Source: Wallemia ichthyophaga EXF-994 (Eukaryota > Fungi > Basidiomycota). Taken from it: a stretch of DNA of 32,000 bases. Below the pieces are notes generated by a model. The model was not told the DNA's origin. It was given only the letters and a program-made list of their open reading frames with translations, and searched no databases. The position numbers were made by a program, and so were the translations under genes. Where the stretch lies: positions 390,001-422,000 of the forward strand of contig NW_008806280.1 of assembly GCF_000400465.1 (NCBI RefSeq). Reading direction: 5' to 3'. Numbering within the stretch: the first letter of the stretch is position 1; every line of letters starts with the position of its first letter. Positions 11,948 through 20,737 of this stretch are shown piece after piece.

Positions 11948-12580
11948 ATGCAAACATCCATCATCCTACAAATATCGATAGCGATATCCGTGATCCTGGG
12001 TGTGTGTGCGGTGTTTAGATGGAACTTAATTGAAGTAATTTAAACAGCCACTGTAATCTACTTCATATCCTCTACAAGTAAAAAACAAAGAGTTTTACTC
12101 GTTGGTCCAACTGCCAGTGGTAAAACGTCGATTGGATTGAATAAATTATCAAAAACCAAGAATTCGGTTAGAACTTCGGCTGCAATTAACTTTATAAGCC
12201 TTGAGACGACAGTGTTGGTTGATATCCCTGGACACGAGCGTGTTTGTTTTGATTACTTGAGACAGCAGCTTACTCAGGGCTGTGATAGAGTGTTATACTG
12301 TATAGATCATAAGCAAATACAGCACTCTGTCTCTCACTTCAATTCATTCCTTGGTGTACTCGAACAATACAAGAAACCAGTAGAATACATCATCCTACTA
12401 ACCAAGGTTGACAAGGTCGACAAGGCAGAATCACTCACAATCCAGCGCGCAAAGAATGCCCTCGAGTTTGAGCTCAACAAGATGCGCAAATCAAGTGTAG
12501 ACAGCGCAAAAACCACATCACTAGCCAACGTAACCATTCTCACTTCGAATCATCACAACTTATCACGCTACATAGAATAA
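11948..12580 (+). CDS. SRP102: Signal recognition particle receptor beta subunit-like GTPase (about 185 aa)
   Basis: N-terminal hydrophobic anchor (IILQISIAISVILG), then KKQRVLLVGPTASGKT (P-loop), LVDIPGHER (SR-beta-type G3) and TKVD (G4). The 5' intron is uncertain; the in-frame solution is 12004-12078. Confidence 0.72.
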
Positions 12581-12618
12581 ATGTGTCGGTTCTATAGTAA
12601 TTGCATTGTTTCTGACTT

Positions 12619-15305
12619 TTATATCCTCTCGTAAACTAAAACATAAACATTCTGGTCATCATTTTTGAAGCTGTACTGGTGTTAATTCGGTTAGATCACC
12701 TTCAGCAACTACTCACCTCTCTTGTAAGAACTCCTCTTCCGTTTTCTCCCGTATTGTCTCATCACTAGCCCAATACCACTGCAGGTCATCACGATTACCT
12801 TCCTCATCTGTGTTTTCATCCTTATCCACATCTCTTCTCTCTCTACTCGCGAATGAAGTATAATGACCACTAATCATAGTGCGACCACAGTGATTAACAG
12901 TCGAGCGCAGTCTATACCTAGTCGAGTTAACCGGGTAAGCAAGTTCAGCGAGTCGTTTGAAGTCTTCTGTGGTGGTAGGATCGATGTCGTCGGGGAGGTT
13001 TGACTGTGATTGTGATTGTGACTGAGACTGGCTTGTCTGTTTTGGCCTTTCTGGTGCAATGTAGGCGCCGATATCGAGGAGAGTAGGAAAAGTGATATTA
13101 TCGAAGATCTTACTCAGAGCGAAACCACCCACACTACCAAAGCGCTTCAAATGCAATACCAGCACTGGTGGAGCGATGGCGATGAGTGATCTACGCAATG
13201 CTTTCGTACCAACCACTTGCTTTTGGCGGGGGATATAAGCGACTGTGTCACCGTAGAAAGCTCGCCAATCCTTTTCGTCGATTTCTTCCTCGTCCTCGTC
13301 GTCAGCGTCGACGTCGTTATCTTCATTTTCCGCCTCGCTTTCTTCAACTCTCTCTTTGTCACTCTCACTCTCATTCTCATTCTTATACTCCTTTTCTTGG
13401 TCATCCAGCCTCTCGCCTTCGTGTAGAGGCGCCATTCCGAGAGCAGCCGGTCTGCCCTTGTCTGGGGAAGCCGATAAGCTAGCGCTGCCATTCCTTCCGT
13501 TCCTGCTCCTGCTCCTGCTACCACTTCTGCCGATTCCCCCACTCCTACTCCTACTTTTCGAATCCTTGTACCGTCTAATCATCTCGACATGCACCTCATT
13601 TTGCATCTTCCAGCACCCGTGGCAATGAAATTCATTCTCATTTTGGAGTGTTTCGATACCTGCATATCTCTCAAAGGCCTCTTCAATGCCGCTCTTTGGT
13701 GTGGCGGATGAGCTATGTGAGGTGGTAGAGGTGGTAGTGCCATTTGTAGGGCCATTTGACATGGGTTCACTCTCACTCTCGCCATTGACAGTAGCATTGG
13801 CATTCCCACTGCCATCTTTGGTAGTATCACTACTGGGTTTTGGGGGCGCTTGGCGTAGCGCTGCCAGCACCCCGTTCTGCGCATTCGATCCATTCACCGT
13901 TGGGCCATCTTTGAAGCCGCTATTTTTACTGCTATTGTTACTTTTATCTTTGTCGCTCGGCGACGCGTTTGCATTCCCATTCGCACCCGCACCCCCACTC
14001 GCCATCTCGCTCCCCAATTCGGTCATACTGAGACTGTGCGGTGTGGGGGTAGAGCTGGGAGTGGAGAGGTCACCGAAGAGTTTCTGGGTGTAAATTTTAT
14101 CCTCAATGGTGCGCCTGCTCCTGCGTGTCGTATCTTCCTCACTAGCACCAGCATTAGCGGCAGTAGGAGAAGACTGAAAGGCTTCTTCACCCCCACTACC
14201 ACCTCTGCTAATCCTCTTGCTGACTCGCCGACCGAGGCTACTACTGCTGCTGCTGGGAGGTGGAGCGAGTTGAGAGGGCGACGAGCCCATCTGCGGACTG
14301 CTGGATGGGGAAGGGGGCGGGAAGGGAGCTAGTCCAGATGCCCTTCTGATGCTGCTCTTGGGTGTGCTGCTACTGCCCAGAGAGAAACTGTTCCTGAAGG
14401 AGAAACGCTTCGATTTGGTTGGTTGTGGTTGTGACTGTGTGTTTGTTTGCTCTCGCTCACTTTCACCCCCCTCCTCATTATCATTCTCCTCCGTATCACT
14501 CAACACTACATCTTCCACAGTCAGCTCATCCTTACGCGCATTAACGCCCTCTTTGTTACTGCCGAGCAAGTTTTCGCGTATAGACTGCCTAAATCCTCTC
14601 CTTTTGGGAGCCTTCTCATGCTGATCCTGCAAAGCGAGAGAGATGTCCAGAAAAGGTTCGTAGACGTGATAGATTTGCTTGCAACTTGCACATATAATCA
14701 CATTCACAACCATACCCTCGCACAGGCGATCGACAAAGGTGGTAGGGGTGAGTGATTGATAGTGGTGAGGTTGCAATTTCTTCTGCTTGCGGTTCAAAAC
14801 CTGTTTGAGGTGGGGGTTGAGGGAGTAAATCAGGTCGAGCTCTTCCATGCGCATAGCATCAAACAGCTGGCGAAGGAATTCATGGGAGTCTTGCTGGCCG
14901 TAGTCGTTGTATTGGGAGTACTTAGATGCCATTGCTTTGAGCATTTCTATTGGGATTATTGGGGATTTGGTGGATTTCCAAGCATCCCTTAGTGTATTTA
15001 GAAAGTGGCAAGTTAGTTTGAGTTGCTCGTTGTAGCCTTCCTCTAGCCAGACTCGGAGTGCGGGGGAGTCAAGTAGATCAAAACCCGATGACGCCGGTAC
15101 CTCCGATAGAGCGATATCTCTCAATAAATTCAACGAATAGATAGATTGCAGGAGTGAATTAATGAAGCAGCTAGATAGAGTGGCTGTGAGAAGTGTGTCC
15201 AATTACAAATCCAAACCCACGTATTAGTCCTGTGTGTTGTTAGAGAAACTAGATATTAATTAAACAGCCCACTCACAAATTACGCATTCCAATTGGTTTA
15301 TCCAT
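12619..15305 (-). CDS. Ubiquitin-specific protease (peptidase C19, USP) with a large disordered insertion (847 aa)
   Basis: Cys box GMRNLTNTCFINSLLQS is assembled across introns 15230-15276 and 15171-15220. Also QQDSHEFLRQL, CASC/CHGC zinc pair, LVLHLKRF, His box NHCG..SGHY, and terminal VYVLVYER after intron 12671-12716. Confidence 0.92.
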
Positions 15306-15395
15306 TTTTTATTTTATTTTTAAATTCCACGTTGGTCGTCCGTCTTATAGGTCATCATTATCACCTCATCATTCAACCCCTGGTGTTCCTAGATA

Positions 15396-15951
15396 ATGCA
15401 GTTAAATCTAATTTTTATTTTTTTATTTTTTGGTTTTATAGGGGCGACTGGGAGTAGTACAGAGAACACCACAGAAAGTACCACAGAGAACACCATAGAA
15501 AGTACCACAGATACCATCCACTGGTCGTGCACTCAACGTAACTCGTAAGCTATCCACTCCAATCCAGTTGCACGTTCCCCTCACTTCCTACAGCTGCGAA
15601 CCATGTCCACCAGATAACATTAACGACGCTGTATGCCAACCATTTGGTAATAGACAGCTACTGCGATGTAAAGATGTCAATGATATGGAGCACCCCGATA
15701 ACCACCTTCTTACTTGGCACGCGTGTGGTAGAATTAAACACACTGAAAAGATTGGCTTCTTACACTTTATTTCGCTCAACCTAGCTCTCACCGTCACCGC
15801 AACCGTTTTCGTCATTATTCGCAGTAATCATCTTGCCAACGCGCAATACAACACTCTAGCTAAAACTATTGGTCTCCCTGACTCCAACCTCAAAAGCCCT
15901 GATGGTCCAATCGCTGCTGCAGGCCGTTTACTTAAATTCTTAAGAACTTGA
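15396..15951 (+). CDS. JTB (jumping translocation breakpoint)-like single-pass membrane protein with signal peptide, S/T-rich repeat and 6-Cys ectodomain (168 aa)
   Basis: Hydrophobic N-terminus MQLNLIFIFLFFGFIGA. Intron 15545-15593. C-x5-C-x2-C-x9-C-x10-C-x18-C, then GRIKHTEKIGFLHF, a TM helix and VIIRSNHL. Similarity to JTB is from recalled sequence. Confidence 0.75.
15459..15515 (+). repeat. 24-bp tandem repeat (about 2.4 copies) encoding TENTTEST/TENTIEST
   Basis: acagagaacaccacagaaagtacc, acagagaacaccatagaaagtacc, acagatacc. Confidence 0.9.
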
Positions 15952-15959
15952 TGCATTAT

Positions 15960-16928
15960 TCACATTCCTAATCTTTCAGCCAGTGTTTTTGTATGTACAG
16001 TTTGACCTGGTTGCTTTGATTGAACTGCCTTTCTTCGAGCACTCTGTGTACTTTGATTACTCTGTGTACCCTGTGTGCTCAATCCACCCCCTACACTCAT
16101 CCTATCTAGTAGAGATTGACCCGATTGACCCGATTGAACACCCGTGTTTTCCTTCTTTTTCGCCTTTGGTTGCATCTGCGTCCGTTCTAGGATCGATAAA
16201 ACAGGTTTAGCTGGTGGGTTCTCCTTCCTCTGCCTAGGTTTAGACTGTTTGGATTGAATCTTTGGGTTGGTATCTTTGGATTTACGTGGTGATGGTGTTG
16301 GTGCGATACTATCAGCGTACATTTTTCTATCTGAAAACAACGAGTGGACATCCTCCAACGCCGTCTTTTCCACAAGGTTCACAACAAGCACCTTTCCATC
16401 TGCGTGCAATCCATCGAAAGCTTTAAGAGCACTTTGAGCATCTACCAGCCTCTCGAAAAATATATTCATTGCCAAGCTATCATCGGAGCTGTTGACTGGG
16501 TTTGGTGAGGTGTGAAGTATGTTACCATAAGGTGATAATGCCACTTTTACATCCTCTTGAGACGTTCCCGGTGCAAGATTGTTGATAATTATTTGAGTTG
16601 GTTGGTGAGAAGAGCCACGAATGTTGATTGACTGTTGTTTCTTCTCATTCTTCTTCTGGCGTGTTGCTAAACCAGAAATTCTAGAACCCAGTGGAGTATG
16701 TGTTGTGTCTGTTGTATTCCCCGCCTGTTTATTAAACAAACTCGGATTTAACATCCTAGCGCCTAGTTCACCACCAATAGATTTAATATAGAGATCATTT
16801 CCCCATTTACCACTATCGCTCGGGTTTAGTGGACGCTGCCTTGTATTGTAAGGTTTAGCAGATAATCTTTTATTCTTTGTTGATTTATCTGGACGCGTTA
16901 GAAGTGAGTCGATGGATTCAGAGGACAT
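15960..16928 (-). CDS. Single-RRM RNA-binding protein, ALYREF/POLDIP3-like architecture (322 aa)
   Basis: RRM from QIIINNLAPGTSQEDVK to FDGLHADGKVLVV. KWGNDLY precedes the RRM. Likely start is ATG 16928 in a CACCACC context. The ORF-track start at 16967 overlaps the TAF10 stop. Confidence 0.75.
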   Translation of the reverse strand: MSSESIDSLLTRPDKSTKNKRLSAKPYNTRQRPLNPSDSGKWGNDLYIKSIGGELGARMLNPSLFNKQAGNTTDTTHTPLGSRISGLATRQKKNEKKQQSINIRGSSHQPTQIIINNLAPGTSQEDVKVALSPYGNILHTSPNPVNSSDDSLAMNIFFERLVDAQSALKAFDGLHADGKVLVVNLVEKTALEDVHSLFSDRKMYADSIAPTPSPRKSKDTNPKIQSKQSKPRQRKENPPAKPVLSILERTQMQPKAKKKENTGVQSGQSGQSLLDRMSVGGGLSTQGTQSNQSTQSARRKAVQSKQPGQTVHTKTLAERLGM

Positions 16929-16963
16929 GGTGGTGGTGATAAATAAAAGAATACAACTTAAGT

Positions 16964-17347
16964 TCAAATATAATAATCAGGTTTACGCGCATTAATCCCA
17001 TAATCACTCAAAGCTGCCGTGAGATCATCTGCTGTCAACACAGTCTTTGATTTTGATGTCCCCGTCGGTCTACCTCTTCCACCCGGTCCTGCACTTGTAC
17101 GAATTCTTGCATACTGATACGCGTCATTAGAGATATCGCTTATAAACTTCTGCGATGCCAGACTGAATAACCTCTTTAATCTCTCATCGTTACACTCGAA
17201 TCCCGCCTTATTGAGGTAATGGTCAACCACTTGATCTGGTATTAAAGGCTCATTTGCACCTAATAAATTCATAAATTCCGTCATTTTTTTATCATGCGCT
17301 GTTTGTGCTTCTGTTTTTTTATTTTCTAAGTTATTGCTTGAGCTCAT
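16964..17347 (-). CDS. TAF10: TFIID/SAGA subunit TAF10 (127 aa)
   Basis: PLIPDQVVDHYLNKAGFECND.RLKRL.SLASQKFISDI.NDAYQY.RIR and VLT.DDL..AL.DYGIN.RKPDYY. Intronless ORF. Confidence 0.96.
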   Translation of the reverse strand: MSSSNNLENKKTEAQTAHDKKMTEFMNLLGANEPLIPDQVVDHYLNKAGFECNDERLKRLFSLASQKFISDISNDAYQYARIRTSAGPGGRGRPTGTSKSKTVLTADDLTAALSDYGINARKPDYYI

Positions 17348-17516
17348 GACGGTTGTGATTAAAGAGGGGTTTCGGTGTGATCGACGAGATGCGAGGGATA
17401 TTGAAGAGATGAATGGTACAGCCTAGGTTAGAGCTACTCAATTACACTATAAATGCTTTAAAATTTGATTTTGACATTCACACTGGGCTATCGACGTCTC
17501 AGGTTAGGTCTAGACC

Positions 17517-17525
17517 ATCAGATAA
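17517..17525 (+). promoter_or_regulatory. ATCAGATAA (ATCWGATAA-type GATA site) in the TAF10/PRM10 divergent promoter
   Basis: Exact 9-mer about 100 bp upstream of the PRM10 ATG. Function not demonstrated. Confidence 0.3.
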
Positions 17526-17626
17526 CACGCCCCTTTGTTGACAACGTCCATCTTCTCAACAATAACAACAGCTTTTTCGTCTTTCTTTTTAACTCCCATC
17601 TTCTTAAAATAAAATCATTTTAATGG

Positions 17627-20428
17627 ATGGATGAAATTACACGCCCGAGGAAAGTACAATTCTCTCAATCAACCGATGGCGGTGATAGCAATCAAGGATC
17701 TTACAGTTTAGATCCTAGATTTGACGATTACCATTTGGATTCAGATTCGCAAGGTTTACAGATACAGCTCATCAAAAACTCGTTGAACAGGTCTCACTCA
17801 CGGCCTTCAAGTGTTTCATCTGCAGATACTTCCAACTCGCACGAAACTAAATTTCTGCCTCATGAATCCACTTCGGCAACCACAGAAACTCCAGCGTCTT
17901 CTAATCCTTCAACCCCCACTCAGGAATACGCAGTGCCGATCCCTTTCGGTGAAATTGATGGTCTTCCACAACCCCCGTCTTCTAAGAAAGGCTCCTTCGA
18001 CTACTATACAAAGAAAGCTAGAAAATTAGTCGGGAAAAAGTCAGAAAGCAGTCATAACAAGAAAGACAAAAAATTCATCACAAACAAACATGATCCTGAA
18101 TCTGGCGACATTTCTCACTCCCATGATGACCCTTTCAGCTTAGACTACAAGCCATCCAAATCTAGAGGTGTTCTCTCCACCCTACTCACCCTCCAAGAAC
18201 AAAGAGAACATCATAAGGCTAAAAAGAAGGCTAAAAAGCAAGCAAAGAAGGATCGACGCGCTAGAAGTGTCTCTACGTCTTCTTCTTCTTCTGCAGGTAC
18301 TGTCTTGAGTAACTCAGGTGCTGCAGATCAACTCCCTGAAAAACCACCTCCTACTTCAAAACCTCAATTGCCAAGAAGCCATTCTGAAACAAATCTCGCT
18401 GATGTTGCTAATGGTGGTCTCTCTTCCGCTCAGGAAGAGGATAAAACTTACAGACAATACAAACCTTCTGCTTTCCGCATCCCTGATCAATTAAGATTGC
18501 GTCCTGAGAAATACAGACCCAAAACTGCTAGATCTTCCGCAGGTGTTTTTGGTGCGCTTGTCAGCTCAGGTCAGAATTTATCTGGCTTCGTCAGCCCCCA
18601 TTCTACAGCGATTACGCCGAATCTCAAACACAAAGGGTATAGACTGCAGCGATACTCGCTCGACCCCACATTAGACATCAAGGAGTTCACCAAGGATAAT
18701 CAGGAGGCTGAAAAGGCTGAGTCGTTAGATATGAAGCACTCACGCTCGTCGTCGACTGATTTGGAATCACTCGCTCCATCGTCCCCACCGCTGCACACCG
18801 CTCAGAAGAAGAGCACGCCCAAGTCGATGCTCAAAGATCAATTTAACAATATGGCAAGTGGATTCAAGAACCCGAAGTCACCTGCGACAACACCCGACGA
18901 GAAGATGTCCCAGAGTTCATCCATCGACTACTTCAGCCTGCCACTCAAGGAGCGAGAGAAGGAGAAGGAGAAGAGTGAGGAGCGGGAGCTTAAAGAGCGC
19001 AAGAAGAACCTCGCTAAGCGTAAGAAGGAAGAGCTATACATTACTATGCATGTCGCTACAGTCCTCCATCGACAAGAATTCCTACTCAAGCTCAGTCGCG
19101 CGCTAATGATGTTCGGTGCTCCATCCCATCGTCTCGAGGCGCAAATACAAGCTACAGCGCGCGTACTCGACATACCCCTCCAAGTCGTCTATCTGCCTGG
19201 ACTTATGTTGTTCAGTTTCGGTGATGTAGAATCACACACATCGGAAACCAAATTCTTGAAACAGTCAGCTACACTTGACCTGCGCAAGTTGCTCGTCACC
19301 CACCAGCTCTATTGGCGCGTAACGCATGACGAAATGTCGGTCAGCGATGCGTCTAAAGAGTTAGATGTGTTGATGACACAGAAGGACAATTTCAACGCAC
19401 TGTCTAATATAGTCATCGCAGGTTTCTGCTCAGCTTTCATCACTCCATTTGCCTTCCACGGCTCTCTCATCGACGCTTGTCTCGCTGCTCCACTCGGCAT
19501 GCTTCTCGTAGCTGTTCAGCAGATAGCAGTAAAGAACGATCTGTTCACTAACATATTCGAGATCTCAATGGCAGCTGTAAACTCTTTCCTTGCTGCGTCG
19601 TTAGCAGAGACTAACAAAGCATGCTACTCAGCTGTAGCTTCCGGATCGGTTGTGTTGATCTTGCCTGGATATATTATTCTCTGCGGCGCGCTGGAGATGT
19701 CAGCGCGGAACATTATAGCAGGCAGTGTGAGAATGTTCTACGCTATCATCTTTTCGTCTTTCCTCGGCGTCGGCATGTCGATTGGATATCAGTTTTTCAG
19801 ACTAGTGACAAACCAGTGGGACAACGATGACAACAGCGCAGGTAGCGATTACCGCTGTGCATCTGTACATACGCCGGATGCCCCCTTTTACCAGAAAAGC
19901 ATAGATCCTTATTGGTACATTCTCTGCGTACCTATTTACGCCATTTTCATCAGTTTGCGCAATAAGGCTAGCATCAAGAGCAGGGAGCTACCTCTGATGG
20001 TAATAATTGCAATTTGTGGCTTCACTGTTAATTACTTTGTCAGACAGCGTATCTCACGCATTGATCTGTCTAGCGCTGTCGGCAGTTTCACTGTCGGATT
20101 GATTGGTAATCTTTGGGGCAAATTCACTACTTCCAGACCGGCATTTACTATGACTGCCAGCGGTATCATGTTACTCCTCCCAACTGGTTTATCTGATGGC
20201 GGTATTTTGTCAGTTGCTACGACTTCTACTTCTAACAAGTGGGTTAACTGGCTTTTAATCGCTCACTCACTCACTCACACTTTTTTTTTCAGCTCTCTTG
20301 GACTCGGAACTAGTAGCAGCCTCATTCAAGCTGCTATCGGCCTCACTGTCGGCCTTTTCGCAGCCGCCGTTGTTGCTCATCCTTTTGGTGGTACACGTAG
20401 GAGACGTGCTGCCATCTTTTCCTTCTAG
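17627..20428 (+). CDS. PRM10: Prm10-like ThrE/DUF1212-family multi-pass membrane protein (915 aa)
   Basis: Long disordered N-terminus, then RQEFLLKLSRALMMFGAPSHRLE, about 10 hydrophobic segments and ILPGY. An in-frame intron at 20239-20292 is read through by the ORF track. Confidence 0.85.
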   Translation: MDEITRPRKVQFSQSTDGGDSNQGSYSLDPRFDDYHLDSDSQGLQIQLIKNSLNRSHSRPSSVSSADTSNSHETKFLPHESTSATTETPASSNPSTPTQEYAVPIPFGEIDGLPQPPSSKKGSFDYYTKKARKLVGKKSESSHNKKDKKFITNKHDPESGDISHSHDDPFSLDYKPSKSRGVLSTLLTLQEQREHHKAKKKAKKQAKKDRRARSVSTSSSSSAGTVLSNSGAADQLPEKPPPTSKPQLPRSHSETNLADVANGGLSSAQEEDKTYRQYKPSAFRIPDQLRLRPEKYRPKTARSSAGVFGALVSSGQNLSGFVSPHSTAITPNLKHKGYRLQRYSLDPTLDIKEFTKDNQEAEKAESLDMKHSRSSSTDLESLAPSSPPLHTAQKKSTPKSMLKDQFNNMASGFKNPKSPATTPDEKMSQSSSIDYFSLPLKEREKEKEKSEERELKERKKNLAKRKKEELYITMHVATVLHRQEFLLKLSRALMMFGAPSHRLEAQIQATARVLDIPLQVVYLPGLMLFSFGDVESHTSETKFLKQSATLDLRKLLVTHQLYWRVTHDEMSVSDASKELDVLMTQKDNFNALSNIVIAGFCSAFITPFAFHGSLIDACLAAPLGMLLVAVQQIAVKNDLFTNIFEISMAAVNSFLAASLAETNKACYSAVASGSVVLILPGYIILCGALEMSARNIIAGSVRMFYAIIFSSFLGVGMSIGYQFFRLVTNQWDNDDNSAGSDYRCASVHTPDAPFYQKSIDPYWYILCVPIYAIFISLRNKASIKSRELPLMVIIAICGFTVNYFVRQRISRIDLSSAVGSFTVGLIGNLWGKFTTSRPAFTMTASGIMLLLPTGLSDGGILSVATTSTSNKWVNWLLIAHSLTHTFFFSSLGLGTSSSLIQAAIGLTVGLFAAAVVAHPFGGTRRRRAAIFSF

Positions 20429-20489
20429 GATATTTTACGGAAAGTGTCATACGAAGGACTCAAAAGTCTCACTTTTCGATGTCGCTCAC

Positions 20490-20513
20490 TTTGTGCTACA
20501 GGATTAGCACAAA
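20490..20513. other. Perfect 9-bp inverted repeat with 6-nt loop in the PRM10/CFD1 convergent gap
   Basis: tttgtgcta (20490-20498), caggat, tagcacaaa (20505-20513). Confidence 0.7.
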
Positions 20514-20737
20514 TTATGTATTTTCTTCTGGCCTTCTCACGTTTACTCACATCACTTGACGTTTTTTTACTGGATCACGACTTTAAGCTTCTCGCTCGCA
20601 CGACAAACATATTACAATTATTGACTTGTACTTATTCATCAACATTACGGAATTTTTTATGAAAAGAGATAGTAATAGATAGTGTGTATGGTCTAGTGAA
20701 CAGATAGCAATAGATAACTCCCCCAAACGACTCTGGG

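Noticed and set aside
13147-14992. Many overlapping alternative-frame and antisense ORFs over the USP gene (and similar ones over IRC5, the coiled-coil gene, SGD1 and KAP95)
   Set aside because: Shadow ORFs of low-complexity or biased-codon coding sequence, with no independent motifs.
16929-16967. ORF-track N-terminal extension of the RRM protein (MNLSCILLFITTT)
   Set aside because: Starts at a non-ATG codon overlapping the TAF10 stop. ATG 16928 has a strong context.
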